Assembly (NCBI RefSeq): GCF_963921235.1
Contig: NC_086097.1
Location: 204,726,001-204,790,000 of the forward strand
From: Mobula hypostoma
Taxonomy: Eukaryota
Direction: 5' to 3'
Length of the DNA stretch: 64,000 nt
A program made the position numbers and the translations under genes. Of the stretch, positions 1 to 12,828 are shown in pieces. The notes under the pieces were generated by a model. The model saw nothing but the letters and a program-made list of their open reading frames with translations. It searched no databases and was not told where the DNA came from. How positions within the stretch are numbered: the first letter of the stretch is position 1; every line of letters starts with the position of its first letter.

Positions 1-114
1 AATATTTATTATAAATTACTATAATTGCACATTGCACATTTTAATGGAGCCGTAAAGATTTTTACTCCTCATGTATATGAAGAATGTAAGTGATAAAGTC
101 AATTCAATTCAATT
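1..114 (+). mobile_element. 3' tail of a Rex1/Babar-type LINE ending in (CAATT)n
   Basis: gtaaagatttttactcctcatg...gataaagtcaattcaattcaatt; the reverse complement of the same tail is at 55953-56040, attached to Rex/Babar ORF2 C-terminal coding sequence. Confidence 0.6.
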
Positions 115-169
115 GTAAAAAGTAGGGTGTATATTCTTCAAATACAAATCTAAAGTGAAGATAGGCAAA

Positions 170-2240
170 CCTACTCCAATTGTGTGATTTCTTCACAGTA
201 AGAATGCTTTTGTAGTAAAAGTGACATTAGTAAGTCTATGTGATATTGAAGCCAGTTGGAATTGTGCAAAATGGGCTTGTATACCAATCATGTTAACAGT
301 GGCATTGTTGGAAAGCATAGTGAGTTCAAGATAAAAAAGTGCAGTTAAATATCTTAAGCATTAATCTGGCAGCAAATTGCTCAGCTTGGGTAAGGATACG
401 TATCTAAGTTCAGCTATGTATTGCTCATAGAGTACCATAAACCTATAAAATATTCAGGCATTGTACAGACGATTTTAGGTCATATAATCTTCAGTGAGTC
501 ACAGGAGTCAGCAACTTGAATAGTTGCAACTGATTACAGTAATCAATCAATATTGATAGGAGAACTGAAGTTGGAATGAAAAGAAGTGTTCAATAATGAT
601 GCTTTAAAATCGTGCTTGGGCATACTGTTTGGAAAGTATGCAGAAATATTCAGATACAGACGTGGGTATTGTAAGTTAAAATGTCCATAGTCATATGATA
701 TCACCTGTTGCAAAACCAAGCTATATTAGGCCTTGGCCTGTCCCCAAAAATGGTAACAGCCAGCTAGAGGATGAGTTAGATAAATTAGAAGAGATGAAGA
801 TTGGACATGATAAATAGCTAAGCAACACGAATCTAAAGTGCATAAGACTATTCAACCATATGCTGAGTGTAAGGTGAGATAGAATTGGGTGGTTGGTGGT
901 CAACAGTACGCGCTGAAATTCCATGCTGAATGTTCATCAGACAAAGTTGCCACCAAACTCAATCTCTCACACACATCTGCTATGATAAATGTAGAAAAGG
1001 GGAACTTATGTTATTTGGCAATTAATATACCTAAGAATCATGGTATTGGTATGCATCTGTATTTCATGTGAAAGATCTTTCATTCTACTATGGGTAATAT
1101 ATTAATAGTCAATAATCCAAAAGAAGGAAATCTTCAAATATAGAAGTCTTCAAACAACTAAGCGAATTAATGCTCAAAAATATAAGCAAGTGTGCATTTC
1201 CACAGGATTACTAACTTATCCTTATAAACATTAATTGGATTGCAGCCACTAAAAGTAAATGGAAGCAATTATAAAGACAAGTAAGTCTGGAAATATTCAG
1301 GGTTTTAGATCCAAGACAACGAAGACATCTTTACACAATTGAAATAGGCAACGAGACCTTTCCAATAAGTACACATTAATTGTTGTTAGAATGGAACAGA
1401 TAACACTCAATGTGGTGATTCTTGTATTGTGACAGAATGTGTTATCAAAGAAGTTTAGATCCATCATGGCTTCCAAGGAAATTAGTCTCAGATAATGCTC
1501 TTCTGGTTTGTTCACTTCTATTTGGGAACTCTGCAAAACAAGATCATATCGACCACACATTTAGTTTACCGTATATGCAGTGTCAGTGGTGGAGTAGGAG
1601 GATCAATTAAAATGTTCAAAGGAGATTTTGTTGGAAGTATGTTGGAATTTAATGGTGAGAAATTGATAAGACACAGGATGATGGCACATTCTATAGTAGG
1701 TGATACTCCAGCTCAGTTATTATTGTGTAGACGATTCAGCAGATTTGAGCTCAGTTCAGCTAAATCTTGAAAGAATGAAGCAGTAATGAAATTTTAAGCT
1801 AAGCAAGGACAAAACTGTATTAACAATGTGATAAAATCTTTAAGATCACCTGAGGAAAGTAATCTTAGAAAATGAGATGATGGAGTGACAGTCGGTGCAA
1901 GCAGTACAAAGAAATGTTTTGCGAAAATAGAAGGTAGAGTTCAGAAGTGTTCAGTACACATAAGCTGATTATCTGATGAAAGAAATATTCAGGCAAATAT
2001 CAAAAAGTTATTTGATCAGTAATTTATTCCAGAAGTTGATCTAGTGGAAATTGCAGTGGAAAGGACACACAACTCTACTGAAAAGAGAAAAAAATATCTG
2101 ACTGACACTATTTCAATTAAGGAATGGGTACTGTGCCAACTAAAAAAGTTCCTTTGAAGAAGATTAAAATGAATCTGAAAATCTGTAGAGGTTAAAATAG
2201 TTGATATGTGATTTGCCCCTTTGTTTCAGAAGAGGAGAAG
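170..2240 (+). mobile_element. Highly degraded Gypsy (Mag/K02A2.6-like) LTR retrotransposon pol fossil: protease, RT and integrase remnants, RNase H apparently deleted
   Basis: Collinear degenerate motifs: PVAKPSYIRPWPVP..EDELDKLEEMKI (~705-800); QQYAL..KVATKLNLSHTS..YLAINIPK (ORF 889-1071, cf. DQYPLP..KFTKLDLSHAY..YLTINTHKG); YYMGNILI (cf. YLDDILV, ~1085); LPRKLVSDNA (cf. GLPEQLVSDNG); HRMMAHSIVGDTPAQLLLCRRFSRFEL (cf. YRNTPHSTTGETPAELL.GRRLRTRLDL); purine tract gaagaggagaag at ~2229-2240. Confidence 0.8.
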
Positions 2241-4057
2241 TAGTGTGAAAATTAGTGACGTGAAAAGAATGTAGTAAACATGTATCGTGTCCTTTGACAG
2301 TTCTCTGTTCTCACAAAGATCATTATATCCCTAGAATTACTGTATATGCCAATAGAATAAGATCCTACATGTGCATTATTGTGCTCTTTGGAATTGTTAT
2401 TTAAAAATTGAGTGCATGGGAAATGATTTATATTTGGCTCTCCATTATTATGGTAGATATCTTCAGATGAGTTTAAACATATGCCACAGAACAACATGGA
2501 TTTCTGTTTGACAAACTATTTGAAAAGTGTAGCCATTGACAAACTCACTATATCAGTAGCATTCTTTCTTTTAGTTATAGAAAACACAATTGGCCAAAAT
2601 ATTGACCATGACACAAATTAGGAATATATTTTATTTATTTTTTTTTTCATCACTACTAAAAGTTCAACAGGAACAAAACTGAAAATAGTATCCATTTGGC
2701 AAAAATGATTAACAGTAAATCTGAACTATAATGAATCTAGTGGAAAATCTCCTATAATGCAAATAATCAGGAATATGTTAACTATCATTAATCACTTCTG
2801 TTGCCTGACAACAGCAATAATACTGAACCTCTAAAAATGGAACTAAGAATTCAAAATTGCCACTTCAATAGTGCCAGGCATTGTGCATCAATTTGCCACC
2901 ACAGTAGTTCAATAATTATTCTAATGTCTTTGTAGTTGAGTCTTGATCTGTTAATACAACAGGATCATTCCAAGTGGTTGAATGATGAGTCACTAAGCAG
3001 AAGGCATGAGATGAACAGAAACTATTAGCACTAAAGTCAGCAGAGAACACATAGAAGGAAAGAAATTATTTCAGCACTGTGCATTATGTAATGACATGCA
3101 GTTGTGCCTGATGTAAGTGTTTGCTCAAATGAAAGCCGCTAACATTATTGTCATTGCACATTAAATAGCTGTAATTTAGAGTAAGAATATTTGATTCCCA
3201 ACAGATATAGGGAATGGAGTTCATTTTACAAGAGTTCTTAATTGTTTTATTTTAATATTTTCCACGAAGTCACTGAAAATTTAACATTGTAATTGATTAT
3301 TTTATTCACGAAATTATCTGACTGAATTTTCACCTTGTGTAATTATTTGTAATATCGCTGCAGTTTATGAGAACTGGGCCTCTCCTGCTTATTTATCAGC
3401 CCATCAAGTTAGATTAATATCAAATGTCACGGAGCTGGTAGGCAAACATGGGTTGACGAGAGTGGAATGGTGCTTTGTGGTTTGATCTGGATCACTATTA
3501 TTGATTACCTACTTTCAGGCACAGGAAGATGATTCACTGCACTGAAGGAGCATATAACTTAATTGTCAGTGTCACATCCGAAGATATTCCCATGTTCCAT
3601 TTTCACAGTGCCATTGCCATTGTACCAGCAAAGCTGGGAGCAAAAAAGGTCCAGGCCCAGTTTGAAATATTTAAATGCAATTCGTAATGTTGCCCCATGC
3701 CCCAGGGGTGTGCAGGAGCATGCCACTGAGCCGCACAACTATCAGTTGCGTCTCACCTGCCATAGACATTCTCCAATTCAAATAGCCAACTTGTGAAGGT
3801 CTGTACCTACTTTTGCTGTGAGATCTTTTCAGGATCCCTCTCACGTTTACCCTCCTTCCAAAATGGCTGGGACTAAACAATTCCCTCCAATTTTAGGCAT
3901 GATTTAAAGTTAGATGGAATAAACATCTGCTGGTGCTATGAAAATGAATGATTCAGGCTCCATTTCAGAGTTATTAAGTCACAAAGTACAGAAGCAGACG
4001 TTTTGGCCCAACTGATCCATGCCTACCAAGATGCCCCATCCAAATTTGTCCCATTTG

Positions 4058-4843
4058 GTCAGCAAGACCAAAGAGCTGATTGTGGACATCAGGAAGGCTA
4101 AGCTGAGGGAACACAAATCAGTCCTCATAGAGGCATCAGAAGTCGAGAAAGTGAGCAATTTCAGGTTCCTGGTGTCAATATCTCTGAGGACCTAACCTGG
4201 ATTTAACATATTTATGCAAGCTATGAAAAAGGCAAGGCAGCGGCTGTCTTTCATTAGGAGGTTGATCAGATTTGGTTTGTCAATGAAAACACTTGAAAAC
4301 TTCTACGAATGCACTGTAGAGAGCATTCTGATTGGCTGCATCATCATCTGGTACGGGAGTATGTGTGGGGCACAGGATCGAAATAAGTTGAAGAAACTTG
4401 TAAAAATGAATTCGCTCTATCGTGGGTTCCAGCCTCCATAGTATCCGAGATATCTTCAAGGAGCGATGCCTTAGGAAGGCCGTGTCCATCATTAAGGACC
4501 CCACCACCCAGGACCTGCCCTCTTCACATCGTTACCAATGGGAACGAGGTACAAAAGCCTGAAGTCGCACATTCAGCTTCCTGCCCTCAGCCATCGGATT
4601 TCTAAATGGACATTGAATCCATGAGCACTGCCTCACTACCTTTTTTATTTCGGTTATTTTGTACTACTTATTTTAATTTAACTATTTAATAGACACACAC
4701 ACACACACACATATATATACACACACACACTTAATGCAACTCGTTTTTTTTCTTTGTATTTATTTATCATGAATTTCATTGTACTGCTGCCATAAAGTTA
4801 ACAAATTTCACAACATATGCTGGTGATGTTAAATCTGATTCTA
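4058..4843 (+). mobile_element. 5'-truncated Rex1/Babar LINE (ORF2 C-terminus plus 3' UTR)
   Basis: VSKTKELIVDIRK; ORF 4214-4441 KKARQRLSFIRRLIRFG..FYECTVESILIGCIIIWYG; tail ending taaatctgattct. Confidence 0.9.
4693..4730. repeat. (CA)n(TA)n(CA)n microsatellite within the LINE 3' UTR
   Basis: Direct reading. Confidence 0.95.
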
Positions 4844-5857
4844 ATTTGCCAATATGTAGCCCATAACTACCTACACCTTGCCAATCCATCCGTCTCTTAA
4901 GCTTTGTCATTGTAACTGACTCAACCACTTCCTCCAGCAGCCGATTCCACTCTTTGTCTTTAAAAAGAATTGCCTCTTAAGTTCTGGGGTGGGAGAGGGG
5001 GAAGGACTGAGTGCATTCAATTTTCTGCCCCTCAGGATTTTGTACACCTTTAGTAAGTCTCCTGCACTAGAGAATAAAGTCCTTGCCTCTCCAACCTCTC
5101 CCTTTTATTCAATTCCTCATGCACCACCTTTGTATATCTTTTCTACACTCCCTCCAGATCAATAACAAATTTCCTATAACAGAGCAACCAAAACTGAGAA
5201 CAATACTGCAGGTGTAGCCTCATCAGCATCCAGTACAACAATAGCATGGCCTGGTAACTATTATGCTCAATGCCCTGACTTGAGGGCCAGAATGCCAAAA
5301 GCCTTCTTTGCACCCTGTGTACCTATGGTTCACTAAAAGTAGAGTCATGTACTTGTACTCTGAAGAGCCACTCTCCAGAGCTATGCCACTCATTGTGAAA
5401 TTTCTACCCAGATTTGACTTTCCAAAGTGTCACACTTCACAATTATCCAAATTAAACACCATTTGCCTTTCCTTGGCCCACTTACTCAACTGATCAATAT
5501 GCCCATGTAATTTTTGATAACCCTCTTCATTGTCCACTATACTACCTATTTTTGTGTCATCTACAAACTTACATGCCTTGTACACTCTTATCAAAATCGC
5601 TGTCAAACAACAGTGAGCTCAGGACCCATTGCTGAGGCATATCAGTAGTCATGGGCCTCCAGTCTGAGAGGCAACCTTAAACCATTTCCTCTAATTTCTA
5701 CTATCCAGCCAATTGTGTATATAGTTAGCCAGCTTTCCCTGGATTCCATATGATATAACCTTCCAAAGCAGACTCCCATGTGGAACCTTATTAAAAGCCT
5801 TACTGAAGTCCATATAAACCACCTTTACCAGACTGCTCTTATCAACCTTCTTGGTCA

Positions 5858-8800
5858 TTCATCAAGCAGGTGCCTTGCCGTTCAGCCTGGGCGATCGTGT
5901 CTCTCCATCCACCACGGTCCCTGACCCTCTGAATTGTAGTTGTTGCCTCCCCTGTTTCTAACCATGATGATATTCCATCTATCATTTTCATTCCCTGTCT
6001 GCGTCTGCTTCTTTTTTCTTCCAGCTTTCTAGTTGTAAATAAATGTTCTAATGTCTCTCTTCGCATGATGTGTCTGAAGAACTTTGATTGCTGTTTTCTG
6101 ATTTTTTTAAGTAATGTACGTTTTGTTTTCGTTCTCTGTAGAACTTCTTCATTGGTTATCCTGTCCATATATGATATGCATAGCATTCTTCTGAGGAACC
6201 ACATCTCTACTGCATTGATTCTTTTTTCCATTGTATTTGTGATGGTCCATTACTCACAGTCGTACATCAATATAGGAAGAATGTAGCAGTTCTCAGGCGG
6301 ATGTCAATTGCTATTGTCTTGTTTTTTGGGTGTTTCTCATTTTTGTAAATGCTGTTCTTGCCATTGCTATTCTTGCTTTCATGTCTGTTTCGCATTTGCC
6401 ATCAGATGTTACCCATGATCCAAGGTACTTGAAGTTGTGAACTTGTTTCAGGATTTCATTTCCCAATATGATCGTACAGTTTGGGATATCAGGTTTCTTT
6501 CATATTACCATTACTTCAGTTTTCTTTTTCTTTAAGGTTAGGCCAAGTCTTTCGCTCTCTGTGTTGATGGTAGATACTAGTTTCTGTAAACTTACTTCGC
6601 TGTTTGCTATCAGTACTGTATCATCCGCATAGCAGAGGTTGTTGATATTGTATCCCCCTATACTTATTCCAGCTAAGTCTTGTATGGTTCTCATGATGTT
6701 TTCACTGTACAGGGAGAACAGGTCTGGTGATAGAACACAACCCTGTCTGACTCCTTGCTTTATTGGCTGATATTCACCAATCTCGTTGTCTATCCGTATG
6801 GCTGCATTTTGTTGCCAGTAGAGATTCCTGATTATTCTTAGATCTTTTCCGTCGATATTAATATTTTTAAGCATTTTCATGATGACTTGGTGTTTCACTG
6901 TGTCAAAGACTTTTGTGTAGTCATTGAAACAGAAGTATATGTCTTGTTGTACTTCTTTTGACCTTTCGATAATATTCCTGAGAATATAAGTGGCGTTTGA
7001 TGTTCCCTTGCCTTTGACAAAGCCGCACTGTTCTTCACTGATCTCTGGTTTAATTTTGTTTCTTATTCTGAGCATGATGATTCTAAGTAGAATTTTTGTG
7101 AGGTGGCTCATTAAACTAATTGTTCTGTGTTGTCCACACTCTGTTGCACCTGGTTTCTTTGACAGTGCAATGAATACTGTCTTTAAAAGTTCTTCTGGTA
7201 CTTTGCCACTGTTGTATATTCTATTCAGTAAGATTGTTAATTTCTCTACACCAAAATCTTCTAGCGCTTCATACTGTTCAACCAGAATGTTATTTGGTCC
7301 TGATGATTTCCCCTTTCATATTTTCTTCATAGCATATTCCACTTCTTCTTTCAGTATTGCTGGGCCCTTGTTGTTGTTGCCAATATCAAAGTTGTCCTCT
7401 CGGTCTTTGTCGGTGTATAGGGCTTCGATGTATTCTGACTATCTTTGCATTATTTTTCCTTTTCCCATAATTGTAGAGCCATCTTTTGCTTTTATTCATC
7501 CTGTTGTTGCTCTGCTTTTCTTCCGATTTGTGACCTCTTTGATCTCGTCGTGCATACGTTTGCTATTGTTGGTCCTCTACAATTGTTCTATTAACTCACA
7601 TTTGTCCTTAAGCCACTTTTCTTTTGCTTCCTTGCACTTGGTTGTTATCTGTGTAGGCAAGGATATGTAGGCTTTTTCATTTTCCTTACATTTTCTTCTT
7701 TGTTCCATAAGATTCAGAATTTCTTCTGTCATCCATTTCTTTTTAGCTATTTTCTGTTGTTTGGGAATCACCTCTTATGCTGCTTGTGTTATGCTGTCTC
7801 TGAGGTTTTCCCATTGCTGTTCTATAATAGTGATGTTTTTGTAGAGCCTCAAATTTGTTCTTCACTGTTATTTGGAATTCATTTTTGATGTCAGTGTTTT
7901 TTCTCAAAAGTTCCAAATTCAGCTTTGGCTCTGCTCCTGGCCTTTTAAGCTTTCCGAGTCTCAGGTACATCACGCTGATTATTGGTGCATGATCACTGTA
8001 GCAGTCTGCACCCAGATATGTTTTGCATAATTTTAGAGCATTTCTATACCTTCTCCTTATAAGCACGTAATCAATCTGGTTTCTGGTGTTATCCCCTGGG
8101 CTCCTCCATGTCCATAGTTTTCTCGGGTGTTGCTTGAAGATGGTATTACCAATTATATAATCTTCTTCTGTGACCCATGTAGCTAGTCGTTCACTTCTCT
8201 CATTTCTCTCACCTATGCCGTAATGCCCAATATTGTCCTTGTCCCTGGTCTTGCCTACTTTTGTGTTGAAGTCACCTTGAATAATGGTATTTTCTGAACT
8301 TTTACATTGTCTTAATGCTGTTTGTAGTTCGTAATAAAATTGATCGATGCTTTCTTCACTGCTGTCTGCTATTGGGACATAAGCTTGAACAATGTTAATG
8401 TCAAAAGGTTTTGCATGTAGTTTCACAAGTAACATTCAATCTGATATTGTCCAATAGCCTTTTATTGATTTTGCATGTTCTTCATCTAACATAATTCCAA
8501 CACCTTTTTCATGTATTTCTCCTCCTGAGTAAATGATGGTATATCCCTCTGAGCTTGTTTTACCAGCTCTTTTCCACCTCATCTCGCACATTCCCAAGAT
8601 GTTGATTTTTAATCTTTCCATTTCCTGTTTGATGTTGTCTAGTTTACCAGGTTGGTTAAGGGTTCTTACATTCCAGGTTGCTAGTCTGATCTTCTTTGCT
8701 TTTAATCTGCCGAGAGTCACTGGATAACGGTCGACATTCACCTGTGGCGGATGAGATCCTCTACCGGATGAGGCTCCTTCGGTGAAGGCTCCATTCACAT

Positions 8801-9141
8801 CTTTGAGCTGAGACTGTAGTTGATTTGAGTTCATGATTGTACAAGAGAGGAATACTGAAGTGGCTTCCCATTGCCTTCTTCAGTTGCAGTGTCCATACTG
8901 GATGGGTAAACCCGGGCCATTGATCAGCAGATTCATTTGCCCAGCGTTTTACTTTTACAACCATAAATTCCAATTGTAGAATCTGCTTGTAAAACCATCC
9001 ACCACCTGCAAACCATGGCTTCACGTGACCCTGATTGGGAGGCTAAACAGGTACTACACCTTGCCCAAGGGCGACCTGTAGGCTATCAGACAGAAGGAGC
9101 GCCTTACACCTCCTTTTACTGAGCAATTGCACAGCACCGAC
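5858..9141 (-). mobile_element. Full-length RTE-clade (BovB-like) LINE with single APE-RT ORF, inactivated by stops and frameshifts
   Basis: APE motifs LATWNVRTL, GMCEMRW, GDFN, SDH (ORFs 8436-8834, 7743-8435); RT QGCVLSP and YADD (6500-7111); C-terminal EMWFLRRML (5842-6231); (TGA)n-like tail; TSD accttcttggtca (5845-5857) / accttcttgatca (9142-9154). Confidence 0.95.
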
Positions 9142-10405
9142 ACCTTCTTGATCACCTCACTAAAAAACTCAAAACAATTTCATAAGACGTGATCTCTCAT
9201 GCACAAAGCCATGCTGACTAACCTTAATCAATCATGTCTTCTCAGATATCTGTATATCTTATCCTTCATAATCCTCTCTAGTAAATTACCTGGCGTGAAT
9301 GTTAGACTTACTGGCCTATGGTTCCCAGGCACTCTACTTCCTTGTTGCCCTTAAATAAAAGCACAGAAGACGCTATCCTCCATTTTATCGGTAGCTCACC
9401 CATAGCAAATATTTCAGCCAATGTTAATTTGGTCCTACTAACTGGGAATGAACATCCAGCCAGATTTTTTTTTACTACTCTTTCCTCACATGTTAAAATC
9501 TGTTAAAAGTCACCTCTTTATGAAACTAAGAGTGAAGATGGAAAAGATTGTGTGAAATTATGCAGTAGAGCATAAAGTGAGCTTGCGCCTGGAACCAAAG
9601 GCAGCCAACAGAATTTATTTGCTTCATTATTGATTTGAATGTGGTTATTAACTGAACCACCCTGCTGTCAAAACAAAATGTGCACTGAGCTTCAGAAACT
9701 TGCACTAAATCATTAGATTACAAGTTAATAAATCTGTTAGAAAAATAGGTCCATCTGTAGCAGAAATCTTTCAATATGAATGAGTGTAAATTTGAGTTCT
9801 TAAATTCTAGGCATGTTTATGTAATGTTTTAGTAGTTGCTAAATAACATAGATCAAAAGTGGGTTCTTGACACCCAGATGATAAATCATTAAAAACGTAT
9901 GATGGTGTGAGATGAAATAAGGTTTGAAATAAGGTACTGCTGAGAGAATACAAGATAATACAAATTATTTTAATATGGCCCTCCTTGGTATATTATATTA
10001 TATTCGAATTTTAAATTTGTCAAAGCTCTACAAAAGGGTCAGTAAAAAAGAACCAAAAGGATTCCCAGACTGAGGCTTCAGGTTATTTTTTTACAGATGC
10101 CTGCAGTTCAATGTGTTTTCATTGAAGGAAGAAATGTTTGGATGAGCTGTCTGTAGGGAAAACAACTTTTGTAGAGATTCTTCCAGTGTCAATGACTTCT
10201 GCATCAGAGGGGAGAGGAAGCATTCCTAGAAAATTACCTGTAATGCAATTTTTTGTAATGTAAAGCTGCATCATTTGCTTGTGTACCAAGAAATATGATC
10301 TGTAATAAATAAATGTTGCATTCCTTTATTTACAATTTTTAGTATAAATTCTGTGAGAGCAAATTTCATACTATATCAAAAATTTCTGAGCGCTGATCTA
10401 TAAAT

Positions 10406-10556
10406 TCAATGTTTAAGAGAAGTTTGGATAGATACGTGGATGTTAGGGGTATGAAGGGCTATGGTCCTGATGCAGGTCAATGCGAATAGGCAGTTTCAAT
10501 GGTTTAGTATGGACTAGATGGGTCGAAGGGTCTGTTTCTTTGACCCTGTGACTCTA
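10406..10556 (+). mobile_element. CR1 3' tail fragment
   Basis: Matches the CR1 tail at ~30870-31030 (caatgtttaagagaagtttggatag...atggactagatggg). Confidence 0.75.
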
Positions 10557-11506
10557 ATTCTGTAAGGTCAAATTTCCGTAACATAAAGGGTTGTAGTCTG
10601 GGGTTGTCTGTGGCCCACTGTATTTTTTAAATGACATACTTGATCTATGTTTATGCTGTTACTTGAGGACTTCTACAAAGTTGGACTTCAGGATAATTTC
10701 AAAGGAGTTCTACCACAGGCTTATTAGAATGACACGATTACCTCTAGCAGATGAGTGTTTCTCCTGGGACACTGGGGGGGGGGGGGGTTCAGACTGCATT
10801 TACTGTGGAGCAGAACCTCTTACCTAATCGCCAGGCAAAGTGGAGAAACCCTGAGGCTGATTTTTGCAGATCAGAGGCAACCCAAGGGAATATTCAATCC
10901 CATTGCTTTTTCATCTTTATTTGAAATAAGTCACAAGGAATTTCCAGTACTGCAAAGGGCCACGTGGCCCTAATTGTCTGAACAATTGCTGATGCTCCAC
11001 CTGGAGCTCTCGCCCTACCTCATCAACTATTTCTCTTGCCTTCACAAATATCCAGTGTCTCTTAATCTGTGGAGCATATGCTCTACTTCTACCACCAGAT
11101 TGTGTAAACACATTAGGGTGGACTATTAACCTGCTGTTTGCCATTCTCTCATTGTGCAGTAACAGCTGTGGTGTGGCCTGTATATACCAGCCTACAAAGC
11201 CTCATCGCCCTCACTAAGCACCTGATGGAGGGAGAGTCTGCCGAACCCCAGTGAACCCTGCGATGCTGTGGTTTCTTCAACAAGTGTACAATGTCTGGTC
11301 CTTACAGGCTCAATTACAGCATTGTTACAAGCATAATTCTTTGAAAACATATTTGTAAGCTTGATAAGTAATAACTGATGCCTAAATTTCCTTTATTACA
11401 ATAATAAAGAAATAAAACTTCCTAAATGCAAGATCAACCATGTTCTGAACAGACAAAATGATTTAAAATCTATACTATAACTAATAATACTTTAATTTCT
11501 CATGTA

Positions 11507-12013
11507 TAGTACTGTGCAAAAGACTTGGGCATATATATAGAAAGACATTTGCACAGTACTGTATTTGTCATTGTGGAGCAGAGAGTGAGTCTGTAAATCT
11601 GGTGGAAGCAAAGGATTATGGGAATGGCGCGGGTGGAGCACCATGGGAGGGGTGTGGGGCAGATGGCTGAGAAGGAGAACCGGGGAAGGAGATGGCGTGA
11701 CTGCAGACGCGCCCAGTCCTGAAACACCAGGCAAGGACATTTGATTCCAAACAATTGGTTTATTGATCATTACAGAATGTTTCTCTGGTGTTTCCCTCTT
11801 CCTCCCTTCTCCCCTCCTCTTTTCCCAACCATGATTCCCCTATCCTTGCCCTCTTCCCACAATAGAGATCATATCAGAATCAGGCTTAGCATCACTCATA
11901 TATGTCATGAAATCTGTTTTTTTTCTGGGAGCAGTGCAGTGCAATACATAAAATGACAACAGTACCGTGCAAAACTCTGAGGCACCTTAGCTGTATATAT
12001 GTGCACAGTACTA
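11507..12013. mobile_element. Non-autonomous Tc1/mariner-type composite element (hairpin mini-MITE at each end, ~400 bp cargo), copy 1
   Basis: Hairpins 11507-11561 and 11960-12013 built from CAGTACTGTGCAAA-type TIRs, TA flanks at the left unit; interior homologous (inverted) to 44455-44819. Confidence 0.75.
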
Positions 12014-12714
12014 CATTCAGTGTAATGACTATAATTGTCCCCCAATGCATCCTGTTATCAGATTCCTTTACCTGTGATTTGAATACATTTTCGTTAAGTT
12101 TGTAATATATGGCTCTGTTCTGTTATGTTGCTTTATTTGCAATATAATTAACACTATTTTAGCTTTTATTATTTATGATGTTCTGCACATTCTTTCATTG
12201 GATACAATGATCCTTTTTCTCATTGAAGAAGATGCTAATTTATATTTTTCTGTACGTCAGTATTAGGTATACAGATTTAAAACCCATCAGGCATTTTAAA
12301 ATACATTAGTGTACAACTAATCTTAGCAACAAAAACAAAGCCAACTCAGTGATGATGCCAGCCAGAGAGCAAACAGATCCCACCAGTTACTTAAATTGTG
12401 TTTAATATCATCAGCCTCATTATTTGGCAGTAAGACAGACTTTGTAATGCTATGTCAATACTCTGTATGAGAGGTGGTTGTTGCTAAGGGCTATGTTGTC
12501 AGTGGGGATGGAAAGGGCTGGGGCAAAGATACGTCCCCTCACCCTGCCTTCACTTCATTGAGAATTATCTGGTCATGGGTAGCCGGTACCTCAGCTCAGT
12601 CATCAGGCTGAAAATAAGTCTTTGTAACCCCTTCATGGTTGATAGGTTGGTAGACATGATTTATTTCAAATCCTTTAGCATGGTATATCATTTTATTTCA
12701 TTGATCCTGTTATA

Positions 12715-12828
12715 ATTACTATTTTATGGATTTGCTGAAAATGCCCGCAGGAAAATGAATCTCAGGGTTACATGTTGTGATATGTCTGCAGTCTGAGAAT
12801 AAATTTCCTTCGAACTTTGAACTTTGAA
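12715..12828 (+). mobile_element. LINE 3' tail ending (TTGAACT)n, Rex/Babar-associated type
   Basis: gaaaatgaatctcagggtt...aataaattt...gaactttgaactttgaa; same tail at 55380-55472 (+) and 15977-16060 (-). Confidence 0.6.

Larger units (their letters stand above)
3966..9420 (-). mobile_element. Old CR1 LINE 3' half, split by two later insertions (pieces ~3966-4057, ~4845-5857, ~9142-9420)
   Basis: CR1 3' UTR-like start, reverse-strand RT remnants (FSKAFNKVPHG-like ~5775-5810, KFVDDTK-like ~5550); host sequence continues across both inserts. Confidence 0.75.

Noticed and set aside
3361..3900. GC-richer unique-looking patch with short ORFs on both strands
   Set aside because: No recognisable protein motif, paired splice signals or repeat termini; cannot be assigned.
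6990..7670. 226-aa plus-strand ORF and similar long ORFs (28165-28605, 36511-37011)
   Set aside because: Antisense shadows of LINE ORF2 coding sequence.
8881..9141. HDV-like ribozyme call for the RTE 5' end
   Set aside because: Could not identify the nested P1/P1.1/P2/P3 pseudoknot by eye; kept only as a testable hypothesis.
10238..10299. Minus-strand 62-nt exon-like segment (attacag ... CAG|gtaatt)
   Set aside because: Weak pyrimidine tract, two open frames, unrecognised peptide; plausible by chance in AT-rich DNA.
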